Program-made: the position numbers and the translations under genes
Sequence record: SRR31156797_4457
Strand: one strand, 5' to 3'
Length of the DNA stretch: 34,541 bases
Shown: one piece after another, positions 17,330-24,812 of the stretch
How positions within the stretch are numbered: the stretch's first letter is position 1
Layout: every line of letters begins with the position of its first letter
The notes under the pieces: model-generated
Told to the model about the DNA's origin: nothing
What the model saw: only the letters and a program-made list of their open reading frames with translations
Databases searched by the model: none

Positions 17330-18370
17330 ATGATCGGAAAGTTTAGTATTGACTTGATTTTGTGGTATAAAGAGAATAAACGATCCCTTCCGTGGCGCGA
17401 GACTAAGGATGTTTATAAGGTTTGGGTGTCTGAAATTATACTTCAGCAAACACGTGTAAATCAAGGATTGAACTACTATTTACGATTTATTGAATTGTTT
17501 CCTACAGTGCATCATTTGGCCAATGCCAGTGAAGATGCCATTCTAAAGTGCTGGCAAGGATTGGGTTATTATTCCAGAGCCAGAAATATGCATGCTGCTG
17601 CAAAATATGTTGTTCAGGAACTAAACGGGGTTTTTCCATATAACTACAATGACTTATTAAAACTAAAAGGAATTGGAACCTACACAGCAGCTGCTATTAG
17701 TTCCATTTGTTTTAATGAGCATCAAACAGTTGTGGATGGAAATGTTTTCAGGGTGCTAACACGTATATATAATATAGATACTCCTATTAATACGAATGCA
17801 GGCAAAAAACAAATTGAGTAATTAGCACAGCAACTAAATGATGTAAAAGAGCATGGTGATTTTAACCAGGCATTAATGGAGTTTGGTGCTTTACAGTGTA
17901 CACCTAAAAATCCGGATTGTATGCAATGCATTTTTAATGATCGCTGTTTAGCATACCAGAAAAAGAAGGTAGATAGCTTACCGGTAAAAGAAAAAAAACT
18001 GAAAATTAAAAAACGATACCTGAACTTTATATTTATAGTTGATAAGAATAAAAACACCATTATTCAAAAAAGGCTGGATAAAGATATTTGGAATGGTTTG
18101 TATCAGTTTCCTCTTATCGAGACAGAAAAAGAAGAAGATAATATTTTAGGTTCTGATGCTTTTAAAAAAATGATAAATGGTGCTGATATTACAATTCGCT
18201 CCAATCACCAATTAAAACATGTGCTCACGCATCAACGCTTGTTTATTAATATTATAAAGATGGAAGTGAATGATGTAAGCCATCTTAATTGTAATGATTA
18301 CCAAATAACTTCGCTGAAAGAACTATCAAAATATGCATTTCCAAAACCCTTAACATCTTTTATACATTAA
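17330..18370 (+). pseudogene. mutY: A/G-specific adenine glycosylase interrupted by an in-frame TAA at 17819-17821
   Basis: ORFs 17330-17821 and 17876-18370 are in the same frame: ...KQIE*LAQQLNDVKEHGDFNQALMEFGA. LPWR, SEIILQQT, WQGLGYYSRARN, LKGIGTYTA and VDGNV precede the stop; the CX6CX2CX5C Fe-S motif and NUDIX-like domain follow it. Confidence 0.88.
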
Positions 18371-18476
18371 TAAAGAGAAGATTAAACTACAACTGGCGTG
18401 AATATCGGGAATTCAGCTATATTTGTAATCGAATGGAAGTTTTGTATTTTTATCATTCCAACAGTAATAATTAACT

Positions 18477-18959
18477 ATGTCTGTAAATAAAGTAATATTA
18501 ATAGGAAATGTAGGGAAAGATCCCGAAATAAGATATTTTGAAAACGACAGAGCTGTAGCTAATTTTCCTTTAGCAACAACAGAGCGTGGTTTTACAACCA
18601 GTTCTGGTCAGCAAATACCGGAGAGAACCGAATGGCACAATGTAGTGATTTGGGGAGGACTGGCTAAAGTCGCTGAAAACTATGTAAAAAAAGGAACACA
18701 GTTATATATTGAAGGAAAGTTAAGAACCCGTTCATGGGATGATAAAGATGGCAATAAGCGATATACAACCGAAGTGTATGTGGATAACTTACAGTTATTA
18801 GGACGTAAAGCCGATAATCCTGCTGGTCAGGGAGGCGGTGGTTATGCTGCTCCTCAGGGACAATCACAGCAACCGATATCGTCACCGCCACAGCAAAACT
18901 CCACAATGGATAGTAGTATGATGGATGATTCATCAGAACAAGATGATTTACCATTTTAA
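18477..18959 (+). CDS. ssb: Single-stranded DNA-binding protein
   Basis: NKVILIGNVGKDPE, TEWH, YIEGKLRTRSW, C-terminal DDLPF. Confidence 0.97.
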   Translation: MSVNKVILIGNVGKDPEIRYFENDRAVANFPLATTERGFTTSSGQQIPERTEWHNVVIWGGLAKVAENYVKKGTQLYIEGKLRTRSWDDKDGNKRYTTEVYVDNLQLLGRKADNPAGQGGGGYAAPQGQSQQPISSPPQQNSTMDSSMMDDSSEQDDLPF

Positions 18960-18995
18960 TTCTGATGAAGGAAGTATTCACTAAAATTTAAATTC

Positions 18996-20327
18996 TTGGA
19001 CCCAGAACCGATATTCAACTCGATTGTATTTACCGCTATTGAATGGATGCCATTAACAACAGGTGCGTCCATTTCTATTTTTGTGCTTGTTGTTTTACTG
19101 ATTTTCTCTGCATTACTTTCAGGCTCTGAAGTAGCTTTTTTTTCCTTGTCGCCCGGAGATATTCAGGATTTGGAAAATCAGGATAGTAAAAACAGCCGAC
19201 TTATTCTAAAGCACTTAAAATCACCAGAACAATTACTGGCTACCATCTTAATTGGAAATAACTTTGTAAATGTAGGGATTGTTGTAATTTCTGCTTTTAT
19301 AACGAATTCCATAGTTCACTTTTCAGAGGATAACTGGCTTAAGTTTTTGGTTGAAATCATTTGTATTACCGGATTGATTTTGTTCTTCGGAGAAATCATG
19401 CCTAAAGTTTATGCCTCTCGTTTTTCCCGTAGGTTTGCCGAAGTGATGGCTTATCCTATCTTTATTATTAAGGGAATATTTAAACCATTAAGCGCCATTT
19501 TGGTAAGTGCTACCGGATTTGTGAATAAAAGACTTGCGCAAAAATCTGGATCTATTTCATTGGATGATTTATCACATGCACTTGAATTAACAGGAGATGA
19601 AATTACCGATGAAAAGGAATTGCTGGAAGGGATTGTTAAATTCGGAAATATCAGTGTGGCGGAAATTATGACCGCACGTGTTGACGTAATTGACATAGAA
19701 ATAGGTTCCGATTACAATAAAGTGATGTCGGTTATAGTAGAATCAGGCTATAGCCGGATTCCTATTTTTGAGAATACACCAGATAATGTAAAAGGAGTAT
19801 TGTACGTTAAAGATTTACTTTCGCATTTAGATAAGGATAAAGATTTTAAATGGCAGGATTTAATTCGTAATCCATATTTTATTCCGGAAACAAAAAAGAT
19901 TGATGATTTACTGGAAGAATTTCAGCAAAACAAAATACATATGGCTATCGTTGTGGATGAATATGGAGGTACCTCGGGTATTGTAACTTTAGAAGATGTG
20001 CTGGAAGAAATAGTAGGAGAGATTGCCGACGAGAACGACGATGACGAATCTTTTTATATGCTTCAGCCTGATGGTAGCATTATTTTTGAAGGCAAAACAT
20101 TTTTAAATGACTTTTACAAAATAGCCGAAACGGAGGAAGCTGCATTTGATAAAGTAAAAGGCGAGGCTGAAACATTGGCTGGTTTAATGCTGGAATTAAA
20201 AGGTGAAATACCGGATAAGAGTGAGACAATTCAGTATCATAACTATTTATTCACAATTGTATCTGTTGATTCCAGAAGGATTAGAAAGGTTAAGTTTGAG
20301 CTAAAAAAAGCAAAGGGAAAAAGATAA
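18996..20327 (+). CDS. gldE: Gliding motility-associated GldE (CNNM/DUF21-CBS-CorC)
   Basis: MDPEP start, SGSEVAFFSL, LLATILIGNN, FGEIMPK, GYSRIP, VVDEYGGTSGIVTLED; directly upstream of gldD. Confidence 0.9.
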   Translation: MDPEPIFNSIVFTAIEWMPLTTGASISIFVLVVLLIFSALLSGSEVAFFSLSPGDIQDLENQDSKNSRLILKHLKSPEQLLATILIGNNFVNVGIVVISAFITNSIVHFSEDNWLKFLVEIICITGLILFFGEIMPKVYASRFSRRFAEVMAYPIFIIKGIFKPLSAILVSATGFVNKRLAQKSGSISLDDLSHALELTGDEITDEKELLEGIVKFGNISVAEIMTARVDVIDIEIGSDYNKVMSVIVESGYSRIPIFENTPDNVKGVLYVKDLLSHLDKDKDFKWQDLIRNPYFIPETKKIDDLLEEFQQNKIHMAIVVDEYGGTSGIVTLEDVLEEIVGEIADENDDDESFYMLQPDGSIIFEGKTFLNDFYKIAETEEAAFDKVKGEAETLAGLMLELKGEIPDKSETIQYHNYLFTIVSVDSRRIRKVKFELKKAKGKR

Positions 20328-20333
20328 ATAAGC

Positions 20334-20918
20334 ATGGTTAAGAGATTTTCATATTTGATTTTTGTTGTTTTAATAGTGGTTGTTTCGTGTAAACAACATG
20401 GTACACCTAAACCAAGGGCTTATTATCGAATTACGTTTCCGGAGCATGCCTATCAAAAATTAGATAAATCGTGTCCTTATACTTTTGAAATGCCTGTTTA
20501 TACAGTGGCATTTAACGACAGTTCTTACAATGCAGAGAAGTACTGGTATAATCTGATTTATCCTCAATTAAATGGAGTGATTCATATTAGTTATAAGTCT
20601 GTTGACGGTAATTTACACGAGATATTGGAAGATACCAGAAAGCTAGCCTATAAGCACTCTGTTAAAGCAGATGCAATTGGGGAACAAATTTTTATAGCCC
20701 CTGAAAAGAAAGTGTTTGGAACGCTATACGACATAAAAGGAGATGCAGCTTCATCGGTTCAGTTTTTTTTAACAGATAGTGCAAAGCATTTTTTAAGAGG
20801 TTCACTTTATTTTAATACAATACCGAATAAAGACTCTTTGGCTCCGGTGGTTGATTTTGTAAAAGAAGATATAATCCATCTGATGGAAAGCCTGGAGTGG
20901 GTTAATAATAGTAAATAG
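20334..20918 (+). CDS. gldD: Gliding motility lipoprotein GldD
   Basis: Lipobox VVSC, PKPRAYYRI, KHSVKADAI, GDAASSVQFFLTDS..HFLRGSLYF, DSLAP. Confidence 0.93.
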   Translation: MVKRFSYLIFVVLIVVVSCKQHGTPKPRAYYRITFPEHAYQKLDKSCPYTFEMPVYTVAFNDSSYNAEKYWYNLIYPQLNGVIHISYKSVDGNLHEILEDTRKLAYKHSVKADAIGEQIFIAPEKKVFGTLYDIKGDAASSVQFFLTDSAKHFLRGSLYFNTIPNKDSLAPVVDFVKEDIIHLMESLEWVNNSK

Positions 20919-20920
20919 TC

Positions 20921-21544
20921 ATGCCGCAAATACTCAAAAAAGAAACTCAAAAAGGTTTTGTGGTGGTTTGGGAAATGACAGAATCTCTGGAAGAATTATT
21001 AAAAGAGGTTCAGTTAAGTGCAGAAGAGCAAGTTAAAATCAAGTCTTTTAAATTAGATACTCGCAAACTGGAATTTGCTACATCAAGATTTATTATTCAG
21101 AAAACACTCAATATTATACCACAGGTTTCATATTTACCTTCCGGGAAACCGGTATTGTACAATAGTGATTACAAAATAAGCATCAGTCATACCAAAGGAT
21201 ATGTAGCCGTAGCTTTTTCCAAAGGAGAATTTGCAGGTGTAGATATTGAGTTTCCATCTGATAGAGTGAGTCGCGTTTATACTCGTTTTGTTAGCGATGA
21301 AGAGCAGCAATTTATACCTGAAAATCAGAAAAAAGAATACTATACATTACTTTGGTGTTTAAAAGAGGCGATGTATAAAATGTACGATCGAAAGAGTAGT
21401 ATCTTCAATGTAAATTTCGTTTGCCATCCTTTTCAAATTCAAAAAGAAGGCTCTATTAATGCCAGTTTTTGTTTTGAAACAAATGAAACAATGGGTTTCA
21501 ATTATATAGTCGATGAGCATTTTTACCTTGTTTATCATTGCTGA
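20921..21544 (+). CDS. 4'-phosphopantetheinyl transferase (Sfp/ACPS superfamily)
   Basis: SGKP, ISISHT, GVDIE, WCLKEAMYK. Confidence 0.88.
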   Translation: MPQILKKETQKGFVVVWEMTESLEELLKEVQLSAEEQVKIKSFKLDTRKLEFATSRFIIQKTLNIIPQVSYLPSGKPVLYNSDYKISISHTKGYVAVAFSKGEFAGVDIEFPSDRVSRVYTRFVSDEEQQFIPENQKKEYYTLLWCLKEAMYKMYDRKSSIFNVNFVCHPFQIQKEGSINASFCFETNETMGFNYIVDEHFYLVYHC

Positions 21545-21628
21545 TTTGTAAAATAAGTGTTGTAATTTGCGCTTTCAATTGAGCTGAACAATTGATTAAT
21601 TAGCAGATTTCTATATTTAGAATAGATC

Positions 21629-22360
21629 ATGATATTAAACGATATACAATCCAAAATAAAAGAAGGGAAAAAGCTTTTTGCTGTACTAATTGATCCGGAT
21701 AAATTCCCACATCAGAATTTATTAAAGATTATTACAGCTATGGAGACTGCTAATCCTGATATAATTCTGGTAGGCGGTAGTCTGGTAGCTGAAAAAACAG
21801 GCAAAGTAGTTTCTTTACTGAAGGAGCATTTATCTGTTCCGGTATTACTATTTCCTGGAAATCTACTGCAAATTACTTCTAATGCAGATGGCTTGTTGTA
21901 CTTGTCGTTAATTTCAGGTAGAAATTCAGAGTTTTTAATTGGTAATCATGTTGCATCTGCACCTTATCTTAAAAAGAGTGGGATGGAGATTATTTCTACC
22001 GGCTATATGCTGATTGAAGGAGGAGCTACTACCTCAGTTGAATATATGAGCAATACGAGACCTATTCCGGCTGATAAAAATGACATTGCGGTGGCGACTG
22101 CTATGGCTGCAGAGATGCTGGGATTAAAATTGGTTTATCTGGAAGGAGGCAGTGGCGCTATCAATCCTGTTCCTGAGGAAATGATAACAGAAGTAAAAAA
22201 GAATATCTCTATTCCTTTAATTGTAGGTGGGGGATTAAATACAATAGAAAAGGTAGAAAAGGCCTGTAAAGCGGGTGCTGATATTGTTGTTGTGGGTAAT
22301 GCTTTTGAAAAAGACTTATCCTTATTAAAAGATTTTAAAAAGCTGATTGCGTCTTTCTAA
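21629..22360 (+). CDS. Geranylgeranylglyceryl/heptaprenylglyceryl phosphate synthase (PcrB family, group II-like)
   Basis: VLIDPDK, ILVGGS, LFPG, LSLISGRN, YLEGGSGA, LIVGGG, AGADIVVVGN. Confidence 0.92.
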   Translation: MILNDIQSKIKEGKKLFAVLIDPDKFPHQNLLKIITAMETANPDIILVGGSLVAEKTGKVVSLLKEHLSVPVLLFPGNLLQITSNADGLLYLSLISGRNSEFLIGNHVASAPYLKKSGMEIISTGYMLIEGGATTSVEYMSNTRPIPADKNDIAVATAMAAEMLGLKLVYLEGGSGAINPVPEEMITEVKKNISIPLIVGGGLNTIEKVEKACKAGADIVVVGNAFEKDLSLLKDFKKLIASF

Positions 22361-22369
22361 AAGCCTATC

Positions 22370-23962
22370 TTATTTTAATATTTCATTTAAAGGTTTTCCT
22401 ACGCATCCATTAGGTTCTGGTATATGAAGCAGGCTGTTAATGGTTGGTGCAATATTAATCATATTTATAGGATCAAATATTTGCATGCTTTTGGTTTTCC
22501 ATCCGTAAAAAACGACCGGAGCGTAAATATTTTGAGAGAAAAGGACTTTTCTTTTGGAGTTTGACACTTTTTCTTCTGTCCAGCCGGGTTTTAAGGATAT
22601 AAACAAATCTCCGGATCGTCCATAGTAATAATTTTGCTGAATTTCCTGATAACTTCCGTTGGTATATTCATTAACACGAATATGATATGAAGTAATGGTT
22701 TTTTCTATTCCTGAAACTTCCAGTAAAAATTTTGCTGCTTTTTTCTGTACTTCCTCCAATTCAATATTATTTTCTTCAAGTAGTTTATGATTGAAATAAA
22801 ATTGGCGGTCATTATAACCTTTAACCCACTTTCCTTGCCCGTAAATAGCCATTAGGTACAGATTTAATAATGCAGCCGTCTTTTTCCCATTAAAATACCC
22901 AGAATGCAATTTATTTTGATTCAAAGTTTCAGGAAGCCATCCGTTAGAAGGTGTGGATGTAAATACCAGTAAAGTACGTTCTAAACCAACATTATCTTTA
23001 ATTAATTGAATCAATGAAGCAATTTGATCGTCTAAGCGTAGAAGCATGTCTTCAACTTCTGCGTCAAACATCTCGTTTTTATCTTTTGTAAAAGGTTTAC
23101 ATGATAAGTGTAAAGAAAGCAAATCAGGGTATTGATCTTTGCCCAGATTCTCGTTAATAATTAAGGCAGCCACGAAATCACGTAAAAATACATTCCCATA
23201 TGGTGATCCAATCAGCTTTTTGTAGGGTAAATCTTTATTCTCTGACTGAAGATCATACATAAAATGTCGAGCTGTAATTTCTTTTTCAGAGATGTATTCG
23301 TGGTATTTTTTTAAGTCTGTTACAGGTCCCCATTGTCGCTCAATATACATATCGGCAAATTGCATGCTGTTGTATTTCTCCACCCAGGAAAGTTCTGTTG
23401 TATCGGCAGAGGTCATTCTTCCGGTTGACCGATCGAGCCAAAAACTTAGCTTCTCATCTGTATAGCCTTGATAAGCGATGTCTTCTGCGAATACAGAAAC
23501 CGAAGCAATTTTTGATTTCCCTTTATAAAACAAGTTTAACTCATCACTTAATGTAGTAGCTTGTAATTTCGGAAAGCGAATGAAGCCAGAATCAGGATGT
23601 TCGGGATTCTCAGCAATAAATGTAAAAGCGTGTTTTTCTTCTTCTTTTAGCGTTTCGAACCAAGCTTCACCGATTAATCCGTGGTGGTCAGGATATGTAC
23701 CGGTATAAAGGTTAGTAAGTTTTGTTCCTTTGTAAGAAGAGCTGGAGTTGTAATTCCCACGATGAAAAAAGGTACCCTTCTCAATAATCTGATTAAAACC
23801 GTATTTGCCAAATTTATCTCGAAGGTTAAGTAGATGTTCGGTATGTAGCTCATCAATATGAATAAAGCAAACCAATTGAGGCGGTTTGCTATAATCTTCG
23901 GTTTGAGCTGAAATAGGAAGATAAACTATTAAGGAAATTATAATGGCTGTTAATGCTTTCAT
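22370..23962 (-). CDS. PafA-like alkaline phosphatase family protein with degenerate active site
   Basis: Signal peptide, YTGTYPDHHGLIG, TTLSDEL, SPYGN, LGKDQYPDLL, EDMLLRLD, RSGDL, PVVFYG, IAPT; metal ligands and nucleophile substituted. -7 box TATTTTTG at 23996-24003. Confidence 0.85.
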   Translation of the reverse strand: MKALTAIIISLIVYLPISAQTEDYSKPPQLVCFIHIDELHTEHLLNLRDKFGKYGFNQIIEKGTFFHRGNYNSSSSYKGTKLTNLYTGTYPDHHGLIGEAWFETLKEEEKHAFTFIAENPEHPDSGFIRFPKLQATTLSDELNLFYKGKSKIASVSVFAEDIAYQGYTDEKLSFWLDRSTGRMTSADTTELSWVEKYNSMQFADMYIERQWGPVTDLKKYHEYISEKEITARHFMYDLQSENKDLPYKKLIGSPYGNVFLRDFVAALIINENLGKDQYPDLLSLHLSCKPFTKDKNEMFDAEVEDMLLRLDDQIASLIQLIKDNVGLERTLLVFTSTPSNGWLPETLNQNKLHSGYFNGKKTAALLNLYLMAIYGQGKWVKGYNDRQFYFNHKLLEENNIELEEVQKKAAKFLLEVSGIEKTITSYHIRVNEYTNGSYQEIQQNYYYGRSGDLFISLKPGWTEEKVSNSKRKVLFSQNIYAPVVFYGWKTKSMQIFDPINMINIAPTINSLLHIPEPNGCVGKPLNEILK

Positions 23963-24059
23963 TCGGTTTTTCTAATCAGTATACTATTGAAAACCCAAAA
24001 ATAAGCAGCTTATTATATTTCCCCAATAAATTATGTTGATGTTCGCTTATAAAGATGTT

Positions 24060-24428
24060 TTATTTTACAGCAGTCTTAGGTTCTTCACTTTTGCGATAAG
24101 TAACCACATCTACATCTTCAATATAGATAATTCCAGCACCTTCAGCTTTGTCGATCAGCCCGGATACAACTTTTGCAAAATCTTCAATTCTTTCTGCGAG
24201 GTCAATAATTTCAATAATAATAGGAGCTTCATCCGAAATTTCGTAGGTTTTAGAGGAATTACTTAAGCCATTGGCTCCATATCCCATTAAACCACGTGTA
24301 ACTGTAGAACCTGCTAAGGTGTATTTTTTTGCTGCAAAAACAATTGCTTCGTATAGTGAACGTTGATAAACGACTTCAGCCTCCCGGATGATGATCTTTA
24401 GTTTTTTTGCTTTCCCGTCTAAATTCAT
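24060..24428 (-). CDS. DUF190 (PII-like) domain protein
   Basis: KLKIIIRE, LYEAIV, LAGSTVTRGLMGYG, PIIIEIID. Confidence 0.85.
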   Translation of the reverse strand: MNLDGKAKKLKIIIREAEVVYQRSLYEAIVFAAKKYTLAGSTVTRGLMGYGANGLSNSSKTYEISDEAPIIIEIIDLAERIEDFAKVVSGLIDKAEGAGIIYIEDVDVVTYRKSEEPKTAVK

Positions 24429-24601
24429 AATGCCATCTTTTGTTGTGTTGATTAAAGAATTTGTGCTTATTCAAAATACAACTTATATTCCACACTATCA
24501 ACAATTACAATAAATACTTTAGAGGCGAAATTTTTATAAAAAATATGCTCATTTTAGGCCAAGTTTAACCTACGATTACTTGATTGTTATCTAAATATTA
24601 T

Positions 24602-24812
24602 TAATTTTGAAGGAGTCCTTAGAAACTGATTTGTATTTGGTTTAATCCTATCTCAAGTACAGGTTAGTTTCGTAAAATCCCTTAATTACTAACATGGTCA
24701 AAACAGCAAATCAAATATTCATGCAGTTACGGTGATTTAAACGGCCTGAATGTTGGGCTGTGAACGTGTTTGTTTAATTTGATTTGAATATTTGGCCGCA
24801 ATTCTTATGTTT
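24602..24812 (+). promoter_or_regulatory. fusA2 promoter (-7 TAATTTTG) and long structured 5' leader
   Basis: 18-bp stem 24622-24639/24654-24671; second long stem 24695-24716/24777-24798 with inner hairpin 24741-24761; G-U pairs favour a + strand RNA. Confidence 0.6.
24694..24735 (+). CDS. Putative leader peptide MVKTANQIFMQLR
   Basis: ATG with A at -3 in AT-rich context, 13 codons, ends CGG-TGA, overlaps the 5' arm of the second hairpin. Confidence 0.35.
   Translation: MVKTANQIFMQLR

Noticed and set aside
17819-17821. Programmed readthrough or reassigned TAA in mutY
   Set aside because: TAA terminates many normal genes here; it is not TGA or TAG, and no recoding signal is seen. Nonsense mutation or sequencing error is simpler.
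17876-18370. Independent NUDIX-like gene
   Set aside because: In-frame C-terminal half of mutY; the intervening codons encode conserved MutY sequence (DFNQALM).
24695-24798. SRP RNA or 6S RNA
   Set aside because: No SRP domain IV GGAA-loop motif; the single stem is about 104 nt, shorter than a typical 6S rod. An Rfam scan is still needed to exclude these.
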